From assembly GCA_037445735.1 (NCBI GenBank), contig JBBIJY010000004.1, forward strand, positions 1 to 64,000: 64,000 bases of DNA, read 5' to 3'. The position numbers were made by a program, and so were the translations under genes. The notes under the pieces were generated by a model. That model saw only the letters and a program-made list of their open reading frames with translations. It was not told the DNA's origin and ran no database searches. How positions within the stretch are numbered: position 1 is the first letter of the stretch; the number at the start of each line of letters is the position of its first letter. Shown here one piece after another: positions 1-9,108 of this stretch. The stretch comes from Armatimonadota bacterium (GTDB lineage Bacteria; Armatimonadota; Fimbriimonadia; Fimbriimonadales; GBS-DC).

Positions 1-174
1 GGGGATTAAAGGGCGCCTGCTCCGTGGCCATTTTGAGGGTTTCGGGCTATTAATTAAGGTGGAGGGGCAAACCGAATGCCCCCATCGGAGGAGGAACAGG
101 AGATGCGTGGGAATAAGGCTTTGGCACTGGTCGCAGAAATGTTAGTGTTGATGCAAAGTGTGACGGGTAGTGTT

Positions 175-519
175 ATGCCTGTGAAACGGTTGCTGACGCT
201 GATAGGGTTATGGCTTCTGCTTAATGGGTTGATATGTGCGCAGACATCTGTCCCGGTTCCGCCCTGTCAGGGTCAGAGATGGATTTGCTCTAACTTAGCT
301 GCTTGCATTAGCCCCATTGATTGCCAGCTTGGTGCTATAGCGAGAAGCGAGGTTCATTGTAGTCAAGTTGGAACTATATGTTGTCTATACATACTGCATA
401 TCTATGAGTGCGTATGTAGCAGCTCCGGTAGCCGTTGTGGCAATGCCGGTATTTCAACCGTTTTTTGGTGGGCAAATGGAATATGTGGGCCTCCGCCCAC
501 TCCCATGTGCATCTATTGA
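175..519 (+). CDS. Small secreted cysteine-rich hypothetical protein
   Basis: In ORF 76..519, the ATG at 175 gives a signal-peptide-like MPVKRLLTLIGLWLLLNGLICAQ followed by a region with 12 Cys; lower-GC segment. Confidence 0.5.
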   Translation: MPVKRLLTLIGLWLLLNGLICAQTSVPVPPCQGQRWICSNLAACISPIDCQLGAIARSEVHCSQVGTICCLYILHIYECVCSSSGSRCGNAGISTVFWWANGICGPPPTPMCIY

Positions 520-535
520 TTCTGGGGTGATCGCT

Positions 536-1672
536 ATGGGCAAGTTTAACTTACTTGTGCTTCGAATGATTTGTGGCATTTGTCTAATGAGTAAAGCAGG
601 TATTATGGCTCAGGAAGGCAGGGTTCCTCTCCCTGTTCCTATTCCTACAGCCTCTCGATGTGTTGTCGTGGCAACACCTGAGGAGCGATCACAGGCACTA
701 ACAGCAATCTCAATTGCGGAGCGTGGCGACCGTGAAGGTCTGCAGACTTTTGTGCAAGCCAACCGCTGGATTATTGAGGAGCGCTCCTTCACAGGATCAG
801 CCTTTTTTGTTATCTCTGCAGGGGCTGTGCGTGTTGCAGAAGGGCGTATTCGTCTCGACACAGACTTACTCGAGCTGCTTCTTAAAAGCGGTGGAGGACT
901 GGACTTGTCTACCAATCCTGCTGCACGCGCTTTGGTTGCCGAATGGATTGATGCAGTGCTTTCTCCTAGCATGGCTCACTTTGCTACAGCGCGCGGCTTT
1001 ATTAGTAATTTCTTTGGGGCACCGTTGGCGGAGGTGCTTCAAAAAGGGTTGACTCGTGTCGATCTGATGGGACGGGTGTGGCTTATGTATCGCATTCCAG
1101 GTGTGGATGGCTCTCCTATGGTCACAGTGGAGTATCTGCCCTTTTCTGGTGGTGAATCGCCGAATAGTTTCAAGCCCGACTCAGTATCACAACAATCATT
1201 TGATAACAAAAATAAATTTAATGAATTAATCATTCTATTCTCAAGCGGTGTGCCATCTGATCAACGCGATGACACCTTGATATTTATTTCTGAGATTATG
1301 AAAATTTTGAAGCAAAATGCTATTAATGAGTATAAAGAATTAATTAAGCAAGTTAAGAATCGACTGAGTCAATCTTGGAAAGGACCCCAGCTGGACGAAT
1401 GGCATTCTTATGAGGTTCTCTCCAGCTCAATGCAAAATGATGTGCTCAACAGCCTGCAGTCGATGAGAAAGCTGTTCGAGAGTATGGGGCAATCTTTCCC
1501 ACAAGGTGGGCTTCCTGCTGGCTCTCAAATATCATACGCCTTGATACCAACCGCCTATCTCACGCTTGAATATAATGGTCGCAAATTGCAATTTACTCTG
1601 GAGATTGGAGAAGTCGAACATGGTTCTCCACTTATGCGGAGCATCGATTTCGTCCCAGCTAACAGCCCCTGA
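536..1672 (+). CDS. Hypothetical protein, probably exported
   Basis: Long ORF 368..1672 in lower-GC DNA; the ATG at 536 follows the upstream stop and begins a hydrophobic N-terminus. Confidence 0.6.
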   Translation: MGKFNLLVLRMICGICLMSKAGIMAQEGRVPLPVPIPTASRCVVVATPEERSQALTAISIAERGDREGLQTFVQANRWIIEERSFTGSAFFVISAGAVRVAEGRIRLDTDLLELLLKSGGGLDLSTNPAARALVAEWIDAVLSPSMAHFATARGFISNFFGAPLAEVLQKGLTRVDLMGRVWLMYRIPGVDGSPMVTVEYLPFSGGESPNSFKPDSVSQQSFDNKNKFNELIILFSSGVPSDQRDDTLIFISEIMKILKQNAINEYKELIKQVKNRLSQSWKGPQLDEWHSYEVLSSSMQNDVLNSLQSMRKLFESMGQSFPQGGLPAGSQISYALIPTAYLTLEYNGRKLQFTLEIGEVEHGSPLMRSIDFVPANSP

Positions 1673-1673
1673 T

Positions 1674-2471
1674 TCACGAACTGGCGCTGGTGTAGCTGCG
1701 CAGGGCGAAGCGCCAGAAGAGACGACCCGCGATAAAGAATGCCAGCGCCCAGAGCGTCGCAAACAGCAGGAAGCCACCCGATGCCTTGCCCAGCAGCGCC
1801 TTCGCAGGAATTGTCGCCAGAAACGCCACCGGCAATACATAGGTGAACAGCCGACGCAACACCGCATCGAACACATCGGTCGGAAAGCGCCCAATCTGTG
1901 CGAACACATCCGAGAGCACCCACAGGTTCTCCACGCGCACCAGCCAGATGCTCAGCGTCATCATCATAAAGTGGAACGAATAGAAAATCAGCACGCCCAT
2001 CGCCACCATGCCCAGATAGAGCAGGATGTTCGTCAGGGGTGGGATGTAGCCCAGCGAGAGCAGCGCGTAAACGCCCAGCAGCACCGCCACCATCAGCGAG
2101 CCGAGCTGGTCGAAGTTCACCCGCCGCAAAGAGAGCCAGAACTGCGAATCGACCGGCTTCACCAGCACATAGTCGAGCGTGCCCTGACGCACCATCGTGG
2201 GCAGTTCGGACAGCCCGAAGTAGAACAGCGTGGCAATCAGCGCGTCCAGAAAGTAGAGCGTGGCTGCCAGCACCAGCGCTTCGGGTTCCGTCCAGCCTGC
2301 AATCGCCTCCGTGTGCCGATAGATAATCTTGAGCGTCGCGAGGAAAAAGCCCAGCCAGAGCAGGTTGAAAAACACCTTCGCCCAGAAGTTGGCGCGGAAC
2401 TCCATCTCGCGCACCAGACTGGAGCGCAGGAACGCCCGATAGACCCGCGCGTAGAACGCCAGCCGCTTCAC
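1674..2471 (-). CDS. ABC-2 family permease (DUF990 / ABC2_membrane_6 type)
   Basis: EMEFRANF and VRQGTLDYVLVKPVD motifs, multiple TM segments; GTG start overlaps the upstream gene's stop (ATGTGA). Confidence 0.85.
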   Translation of the reverse strand: MKRLAFYARVYRAFLRSSLVREMEFRANFWAKVFFNLLWLGFFLATLKIIYRHTEAIAGWTEPEALVLAATLYFLDALIATLFYFGLSELPTMVRQGTLDYVLVKPVDSQFWLSLRRVNFDQLGSLMVAVLLGVYALLSLGYIPPLTNILLYLGMVAMGVLIFYSFHFMMMTLSIWLVRVENLWVLSDVFAQIGRFPTDVFDAVLRRLFTYVLPVAFLATIPAKALLGKASGGFLLFATLWALAFFIAGRLFWRFALRSYTSASS

Positions 2472-3271
2472 ATTCCCACCCCACTGTACTGGCGGATGCC
2501 CGCTCGCCACAGCCGCCAGCCAAGCAGCGCCGCCAGCCCTATCCAGACGATTTGCCCCGCGATGCTCAGCCATGCAGCTTCGCCAGTCAGCTTGCCAATC
2601 GCAATCTCCACTGGCACCGCCGTCGTGTATCGGAACGGCAGCCCAACCGCCAGCGCCTGCAGCCAGCCCGGCATCAGCCCGATCGGCGCGACCCAGCCCG
2701 ACAGCAGCAGCATCGGCGCGTAGTAGAGCGAGAACACGCTCTGCGCCTCCTGCAGCCAGAACGCCAGACATGCCAGCGCGAACGCCATCAGGAACGACAC
2801 CAGATGCCCCAGCAGGACACTCAGCCAGAACAGCGCGCCCAGATCGAGCGGCGCCAGCGACACCTTCTGACCGTAATAGAGCCACGCCAGCAGCGCGACG
2901 GGCACAAACAGCACCATGCGCAACAGCCGCCACGAAATGTTGCGCGCGAACAGCATCCAGAACACGGGCACAGGACGCAACAGCCACTGCGAGAGCACGC
3001 CCTCCTTGATCTCCCATGCCAGATCCCACATCAGGTGGCTGACGATGAAGTTGGTCACGAGCGCCATCACCACATAGTAGCTGACCATCTCGCCGGGCTG
3101 GTAGCCGCCGAGCGTGGCGCGCCCGTTATATGCCGCCAGCCACACCAGCGGCATCACCAGACACTGCACCACATCGGTCAGCATCCAGATGAACGCGCTG
3201 GCGCGGTAGGCGAGGCTGTCCTCCATGTAGATGCGCAGGAGCGCCCCGATCTTGGGCAGGAGCCGTGCCAT
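2468..3271 (-). CDS. ABC-2 family permease (DUF990 type)
   Basis: LAYRA and EIKEGVLSQWLLRPV motifs, about 6 TM segments, translationally coupled to its paralog. Confidence 0.85.
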   Translation of the reverse strand: MARLLPKIGALLRIYMEDSLAYRASAFIWMLTDVVQCLVMPLVWLAAYNGRATLGGYQPGEMVSYYVVMALVTNFIVSHLMWDLAWEIKEGVLSQWLLRPVPVFWMLFARNISWRLLRMVLFVPVALLAWLYYGQKVSLAPLDLGALFWLSVLLGHLVSFLMAFALACLAFWLQEAQSVFSLYYAPMLLLSGWVAPIGLMPGWLQALAVGLPFRYTTAVPVEIAIGKLTGEAAWLSIAGQIVWIGLAALLGWRLWRAGIRQYSGVGM

Positions 3272-3289
3272 CGGTAAGATTGTACCTGC

Positions 3290-3472
3290 AGGAAGGGGGT
3301 TCAGGGTATCGCCACGCTTCAGGCAACCTCGCCTTGTTCAGCCGTCTTGGGCGGGACGCCCCAGCCGCGGGAGCCAGCGAGCTGGATAGCGCTGGGCGTG
3401 GGTCTGGCGGGTCTGCTGGGCTGGCGTCGCCGTCGGATGTAGCCCTCTCCGCTGTGCCCCAGGCTTGTTAGC
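3290..3472 (-). ncRNA. Candidate structured ncRNA resembling HEARO/omegaRNA (IS200/IS605 IscB-type), no cognate ORF
   Basis: Minus-strand motif order GCTAACAAGCCT, GCTAC, ACGCC-CAGCG-ctatccagct-CGCTG-GCTC, AACAAGGCGAGG; intergenic; several complementary segments. Confidence 0.45.
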
Positions 3473-3473
3473 T

Positions 3474-3695
3474 CCCTCACCCCCGTGCCCCCTCTCCCCA
3501 GGCTTGGGGAGAGGGGGTTTTTGCGGGCGAGTGTGCGGCTCCCCTCTCCCCTCTGGGGAGAGGAGCTGGGGGTGAGGGGTTTTCTACCAGTGTGAGGCAC
3601 TTAGCCCCCTCACCCGTACCCTCTCCCTCTTTGGGGGAGAGGGGTTTTGAATCCCTCTCCCGCAGCGTGGGAGAGGGGCTGGGGGTGAGGGGTTT
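3474..3695. repeat. REP-like palindromic array (CCCTCACCC / CCCTCTCCC..GGGAGAGGG / GGGTGAGGG)
   Basis: Four CCTCTCCC-loop-GGGAGAGG hairpins with flanking CCCTCACCC/GGGTGAGGG arms. Confidence 0.9.
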
Positions 3696-3696
3696 A

Positions 3697-4833
3697 TTAC
3701 TCATACAGCAGGTAGGGCTTGCGTCGCTGGCGGAAGGCGCGTTCGTCGCGGGCGCAACGCCGGAGCAGCTGATCCAGATCGGCGCCCTCCATCAGCATGC
3801 TGTGCAGTTCGCGGTTGGCGAGCAGTCCCAGCATGCGCTGCGCTTCCCATTCGCGCGGGTAGAGCCGTCGCAGGGTGCAGGCGATGCCCAGCCCCAGCGC
3901 GACCGGGCGCACCCGCGAGCGCTCCGTGATGAAGATCGACACGCCCTCGCATGCCACGCCCCTGTAAGTGCTGGCAGCTGGTGTGAAGGTGATGGGAATG
4001 AAGCGCACGCCCGTGCTGGTGGGCAGCTCGTTCAGCGCGTTCGCCAGCCGCCGCCCGTCGAGCCACGGCGCGCCAATCAGCTCAAAGGGCGTGTCGGTGC
4101 CGCGCCCCACCGACAGGTTCGTGCCCTCCAGCAAGCCGATTCCTGGATAGAGCAGCGCCTGCTGGAGGCGACGCATATTCGGCGATGGGTTCACCCAGTA
4201 AAGCCCGCACTCGTCGAACCAGCGCGCTCGGCGCCAGCCCTCACAGCGCACAACCGTCAGCGTGGCGTTCAGCCCCCGCTCGGCGTTGAACAGCTGCGCC
4301 AGCTCGCCGACGGTCATGCCATGACGCACGGGCAGCGTGTGATATGCCGTGAACGAGAGCCTGTCGGGATCGGACAGAGCGCCCTCCACCGCCACGCCGC
4401 CAATCGGGTTGACCCGATCCAGCACCATGAAGGCGACCCCCGCCTCCGCGCACGCCTCCATCGCCAGCCCCATCGTGGAGATATAGGTGTAGAAGCGCGT
4501 GCCGATGTCCTGAATATCGAACACCAGCCAGTCGACGGCTTTGAGTTGCTGGGCGGTGGGCTTGCGTCGCTCGCCGTAGAGGCTGTAGATGGGCAAGCCG
4601 GTGCGCTCGTCGACCGAGTCGGGCACGCGCTCGTCCAGCTGCCCGCGGATGCCATGTTCGGGGCTGAAGAGCGCGGTCAGACGCACTTCGAGCGTGCGCA
4701 GCGCGTCGATGGTCGACTGCCGGTCGGCGGTCAGCCCCGTGTGGTTGGTAATCAACCCCACCCGCGCGCCCTTCAGCAACGCCGCGCCCTGCCGCAGCAG
4801 GGCATCAATCCCGTTGAGAACCGTTGCGGTCAT
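3697..4833 (-). CDS. DUF1343 family exo-beta-N-acetylmuramidase (NamZ-like)
   Basis: GLITNHTG, LFSPEHG, DIQDIGTRFYTY, RHGMTVGELA, PSPNM and SVGRGT motifs. Confidence 0.9.
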   Translation of the reverse strand: MTATVLNGIDALLRQGAALLKGARVGLITNHTGLTADRQSTIDALRTLEVRLTALFSPEHGIRGQLDERVPDSVDERTGLPIYSLYGERRKPTAQQLKAVDWLVFDIQDIGTRFYTYISTMGLAMEACAEAGVAFMVLDRVNPIGGVAVEGALSDPDRLSFTAYHTLPVRHGMTVGELAQLFNAERGLNATLTVVRCEGWRRARWFDECGLYWVNPSPNMRRLQQALLYPGIGLLEGTNLSVGRGTDTPFELIGAPWLDGRRLANALNELPTSTGVRFIPITFTPAASTYRGVACEGVSIFITERSRVRPVALGLGIACTLRRLYPREWEAQRMLGLLANRELHSMLMEGADLDQLLRRCARDERAFRQRRKPYLLYE

Positions 4834-4849
4834 GGCGACCTGTGCTGAT

Positions 4850-4873
4850 GCCTGGGCAGGATGCCCTGACTAC
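4850..4873 (-). repeat. Second REP-like family (GTAG-nn-AGGGCATCCTGCCC)
   Basis: Minus strand GTAGTCAGGGCATCCTGCCCAGG; a related copy lies near 24989. Confidence 0.5.
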
Positions 4874-7116
4874 TATTCATATCGGCGCAGGAGCTGTTCA
4901 GCTTCCTCGCGAGTGACCAGCACCTGACGCGGTTTGGCGCCGTCGAGCGGACCCACGATGCCGCGTCGCTCCATCAGATCGAGCAGGCGCGCCGCGCGCC
5001 CGTAGCCGATTTTGAACCGCCGCTGTAGCATCGAGGTGGACGCCTGACCGTGCGCCACCACCAGCCGCACCGCCGCCGGGTAGAGTTCGTCCTCTTCCTC
5101 GTCGTCATCGTAGAACGGCGATTCCGGCTCAAAATCGGATGGCTGCAGGAGATACACGGGCGACTCCTGCGCCCGCCAGAAGTCCACCAGCGCCTCAATC
5201 TCGGCTTCGGAGATGTAGCAGCCCTGAATGCGCGTCGGCTTGGCGGCGTCGATGGGCAGAAAGAGCATATCGCCGCGCCCCAGCAGTCGCTCCGCGCCGT
5301 TCATGTCCAGAATCGTGCGGCTGTCCACCTGACTGGAGACCGCGAAGGCGATTCGGCTGGCGATATTGGCTTTGATGGTGCCCGTGATGACATCGACCGA
5401 CGGGCGTTGCGTGGCGACCACCAGGTGGATGCCTGTGGCGCGTGCCAGTTGCGCCAGTCGGCAGATGGAGGTTTCGATCTCGGCGGCTGCCTGCATCATG
5501 AGGTCTGCCAGCTCGTCGATGATGACCACGATGTAGGGCAGGCGCTCGCTTTCGGGTGCGCGTTCGTTGTAGCCCTGGATGTTGCGCACGCCCGTGTTCG
5601 CAAAGAGGTCATAGCGCCGATCCATCTCGGCAAGGATGGCTCGCAGTGCGCCCGCCGCCTGCTTCACATCGCGCACCACGGGGCACAGCAGGTGCGGAAT
5701 GCCGTCGAACAGCGACAGTTCGACGCGCTTGGGGTCAATTAGCACGAGGCGCACCTCGCGCGGCGTGGCGCGGAACAGCAGGCAGGCAATCATCGAAAGC
5801 AGGCACATGCTCTTGCCGGAGTTGGTCGCGCCGCCAATCAGCAGGTGGGGCAGGCGTCCGAGATCGGTATATTTGGGCGTGCCCGCCACATCCTTGCCCA
5901 GCGCGACGGTGAGCAGGCTGGGCGAACTCCAGAACTCCTCGCGCTCGATCACCTCGCGCAGGGTCACTATCTGCGGGCGGTCGTTGGGCACCTCCACGCC
6001 AATCGCGCTCTTGCCCGGAATCGGCGCCTCCACCCGCACGGCAATCGCGGCGAGCGCCATCGCCAGGTTATCCGCCAGATTGACCACCTTGCTCACCTTG
6101 ATGCCAGGGTCCAACTGAATCTCGTAGCGGGTGACGGTCGGACCGTGCGCCACTTCGACCACATTCGCGCCGATGCCGAAGTCTTCGAGCGTGCGCTCCA
6201 GCACTTCGATCTTTTCCTTGAGTTCGGCTTGCGTGCGTTTGGGTGGCGGTGCTGGCTCGCGCAGGAGGGAGAGCGGCGGCAGGGTGTAGTTGCCCTCACT
6301 GGCGGGCGGAGGTGCTGGCACGGTTGCGGGGCGCGGCTCGCGAACGGCAGGTGTGCGCTCGCCTGTTGCGGGAGCTTCAGCGCGGCGGTCGGGCTCGCGA
6401 GGTGCCGCCGTTGCCGCCTCACCTGCCTGCGGGCGCGGTAGCGGGCGCGCGGGATGGCGTTCCGGCTTGCGTTTGAGCACACTGCTCGCCTTCTGCACGG
6501 TGGCGGTGGTGGCGTGCGCGACGGCTTGCGTGGTGACGGTGGCGCCGCGCCAGCCTGTCCACAGCACGCGCCACAGCCCGCGCAGGACGCTGACCAGCGG
6601 CAGGTTGAACATCATCAGCAGTCCCAGCACGGCGAGCGCGCCGAACGCGACCTTCCTGGCTTCGCCGAGCGCCATCTGGAACAGGAAGCCGACCACCGCG
6701 CCCAGATAGCCGCCCGTCGCCTTCAGCGCGCCCGGATGGAACCAGTTGCCCGATTTCGATTCGGGCTGCGCCATCCAGCCGAGCAGCACCACATAGAGCA
6801 GCAGCCCGCCACCAATCACTTCGGGCAGCGAGAGGCGTCCGTAGCCGAACACCAGTGCGCCCGCCGCCAGCCACAGCACCACAGGCAACAGATACGTGCC
6901 GTTGCCGAACAGCAGGCGCAGACCGTCGCGCAGCGCGCTGCCAATCACGCCGCTGTCAGGCACGGTCAGGCTCAACAACAGCACCAGCCCTATCGCCACC
7001 AGCGCAATCGCGATGCGGTCGTAAAACTGCTGCGAGCGTTCTTTGGGCGGCTCGGTCGCCCGCCGCGTCGGCGTCTTCGCTCGTGTGCCCGATTTCGCGC
7101 TTTTGCTTCTCGCCAT
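4873..7116 (-). CDS. ftsK: DNA translocase FtsK/SpoIIIE
   Basis: N-terminal TM segments, PHLLIGGATNSGKS, DPKRVEL, ATQRPSVDVITG, C-terminal gamma domain STSMLQRRFKIGYGRA. Confidence 0.97.
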   Translation of the reverse strand: MARSKSAKSGTRAKTPTRRATEPPKERSQQFYDRIAIALVAIGLVLLLSLTVPDSGVIGSALRDGLRLLFGNGTYLLPVVLWLAAGALVFGYGRLSLPEVIGGGLLLYVVLLGWMAQPESKSGNWFHPGALKATGGYLGAVVGFLFQMALGEARKVAFGALAVLGLLMMFNLPLVSVLRGLWRVLWTGWRGATVTTQAVAHATTATVQKASSVLKRKPERHPARPLPRPQAGEAATAAPREPDRRAEAPATGERTPAVREPRPATVPAPPPASEGNYTLPPLSLLREPAPPPKRTQAELKEKIEVLERTLEDFGIGANVVEVAHGPTVTRYEIQLDPGIKVSKVVNLADNLAMALAAIAVRVEAPIPGKSAIGVEVPNDRPQIVTLREVIEREEFWSSPSLLTVALGKDVAGTPKYTDLGRLPHLLIGGATNSGKSMCLLSMIACLLFRATPREVRLVLIDPKRVELSLFDGIPHLLCPVVRDVKQAAGALRAILAEMDRRYDLFANTGVRNIQGYNERAPESERLPYIVVIIDELADLMMQAAAEIETSICRLAQLARATGIHLVVATQRPSVDVITGTIKANIASRIAFAVSSQVDSRTILDMNGAERLLGRGDMLFLPIDAAKPTRIQGCYISEAEIEALVDFWRAQESPVYLLQPSDFEPESPFYDDDEEEDELYPAAVRLVVAHGQASTSMLQRRFKIGYGRAARLLDLMERRGIVGPLDGAKPRQVLVTREEAEQLLRRYE

Positions 7117-7246
7117 ACTCTCACCAGGCAGATGTTGCGCTCCCTGTTCTGCCCGCCACCATCTATTGTACCCGATTCGTTCACGGCTGACTTTATCCTG
7201 CTGAGGGTGTTCGAAAAATCGCTGGCATCAGATTCGCCCGTGTGAA

Positions 7247-7333
7247 GCCCCCTCAACCGTACCCTCTCCCCCGCAGGCGGGGAGAGGGGCTGATAAACTC
7301 CCTCTCCCTCTGGGGAGGGTAGGGGTGAGGGGT
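7247..7333. repeat. REP-like palindromic doublet
   Basis: CCCCTCAACCGTACCCTCTCCCC..GGGGAGAGGGG ... GGGGTGAGGGG. Confidence 0.85.
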
Positions 7334-7341
7334 ATCCTTAG

Positions 7342-9108
7342 ATGGTGCTGAAGTGGTGGCTGTGGCGATGGGGTGTGCCGTGCGCGCTGGCGCTGTTTGC
7401 TCCAGCACAGGTTGCTGTCGCCCAGACGGAGATCAGCGTGCGCAACCTGCTCGGTGAGCAGGCGATTACTGACCCGCTGCCCGTGCGTGTGGAGCTGCGT
7501 CAGCGGGGCGAAGCAACGCGCGGCATACTGGAGTGGTGGACAGGCACGGGACCCCGCCACCGAATGGCGATCGAGCTGCCCGCAGGCGCCCGCAAGGTGG
7601 TCTACCTGCGCCTGTCGCTGGATGCATGGCGGCTCCCTGAACGGCGCAGACGCGCACTGATGAGCGTCCCAACCCTGCTGTGGCGCTCCGAAACGGGCGA
7701 ATGGCGCCTGCTCGATGTGCCAATCGGCTGGGGCAATCGCCTGCCGCTGGTGATTATTGGCGATGTGCAGGGCGGGTTCGAACAGTGGAAGCAGGCAAGC
7801 TTCAGCCTGCAATCCCGGTTCGGCACGCAGGTGGTCAGCAGCCCCGACTGGTCGCTCCAGCCCGTGTACTGGTCGCCTGAGATGGTGCCCACCGAGTGGA
7901 CTGCTCTGCTGGGTATCCCGATGATGGTGCTGATGGAGGGCAGTGAGCGGCTCTCACGCGAGCAGTGGGACGCCCTGCTGGCGTGGATGCTGGCAGGCGG
8001 TCATCTGGTGGTCTCTGTCGGCTCGGTTGGCGAGCCGCTCAAAGGCACGCCGCTCGCCCCGCTGCTCAACAAACCGCCTCTCCCCCAGCACGCGAGCGAG
8101 GCAAGGGGTGAGGTACACGACTCCCCTCTCCCACAGCGTGGGAGAGGGGCAGGGGGTGAGGGCAATCTCCCGCTCGCCAGCAGTCGGCGCGTGGGGCGCG
8201 GGACGCTGAGCCTGTTCGCGGGCGACCTGAGCGCGCGACGCTGGCGCGAGTGGCAGGGACTGAACGCGCTTATTAATCAGTGGACAGCACGGCTCACGCT
8301 GCCACTGGATGGTATTCGCACGGGGTTCGAGAGCGAATCGCTGCGTCCGTCGGTTGCGCGGGCGCAGATTCTGGGCGTGCTGGGCGTGTTCGCGCTCTAC
8401 TGGCTCGCGCTCTATCTCGCCTGGCGTATCCTGCGACGGCGACGACGGCTGATTCGCGCCCCGCTGGTCGTGCTGCTGCTCACGGCAGGCTGCTGGCTGG
8501 CGCTGGTTCAGCTGGTGCCTGCGTCGGTCCATCGGGCGCAGCGGCGTGAGGTTTGCACACTCTTAGCCGACTCGCGCCTGCCCGTCGCGATTGAGCATCG
8601 CCTTTACCACTTCCTGCTGCCCGCGGGCGTGCATCGCCTGCGCTGGGCGGGCGCGATTCAACCGCTCGTGTCGCGCCAGCAGGCGTTGCTGGGCGAGCGC
8701 ATCATCGTGGAGCACGGCGCGGACACGCTGATGCGAATCCAGCCGATGGGCGCGCTGGAGATGCAGGTGCAGATGGTGCGCCTGCTCCATCTGCCTGCGC
8801 CCGTTCGTGTTGAGCGACAGGGCGAGCAGTACACCCTTCACAACCCGCTGCCCTACCCCCTGCAGCAGGTTCATATTCGGCGCGGATTGTTGAGCGGCGC
8901 TCCCACGGGCACTTTTGAGCTGGCGGATCTGCTGGCGAGTGGCGCAAGGCTGACCGCCACCCCGCGCAAGGTGCTTCGCCTGTATGACGGGCTGACCCCG
9001 CGCGAGGGCGAATGGCTCACCGCGACGATACCCGCCATGCCATCGCCCCTGCGAACCCCCATAGACGGTCAGGAGGAACCAGCACGCTTATGGGTGTGCA
9101 TACGATGA
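7342..9108 (+). CDS. Hypothetical exported/membrane protein containing an in-frame REP insert
   Basis: Signal peptide, QWDALLAWMLAGGHLVV (GATase-like motif), two TM segments; first gene of an apparent operon with permease-like genes. Confidence 0.7.
   Translation: MVLKWWLWRWGVPCALALFAPAQVAVAQTEISVRNLLGEQAITDPLPVRVELRQRGEATRGILEWWTGTGPRHRMAIELPAGARKVVYLRLSLDAWRLPERRRRALMSVPTLLWRSETGEWRLLDVPIGWGNRLPLVIIGDVQGGFEQWKQASFSLQSRFGTQVVSSPDWSLQPVYWSPEMVPTEWTALLGIPMMVLMEGSERLSREQWDALLAWMLAGGHLVVSVGSVGEPLKGTPLAPLLNKPPLPQHASEARGEVHDSPLPQRGRGAGGEGNLPLASSRRVGRGTLSLFAGDLSARRWREWQGLNALINQWTARLTLPLDGIRTGFESESLRPSVARAQILGVLGVFALYWLALYLAWRILRRRRRLIRAPLVVLLLTAGCWLALVQLVPASVHRAQRREVCTLLADSRLPVAIEHRLYHFLLPAGVHRLRWAGAIQPLVSRQQALLGERIIVEHGADTLMRIQPMGALEMQVQMVRLLHLPAPVRVERQGEQYTLHNPLPYPLQQVHIRRGLLSGAPTGTFELADLLASGARLTATPRKVLRLYDGLTPREGEWLTATIPAMPSPLRTPIDGQEEPARLWVCIR
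8074..8163. repeat. REP-like element inside a CDS
   Basis: CCCCTCTCCCACAGCGTGGGAGAGGGGCAGGGGGTGAGGG closely matches the intergenic copies at ~3652-3693 and ~26750-26793. Confidence 0.85.

Noticed and set aside
3319-3704. Short ORFs 3319..3600 and 3477..3704, and similar ones near 40568-41057
   Set aside because: They are translations of stop-poor REP arrays, with no start signals or domains.
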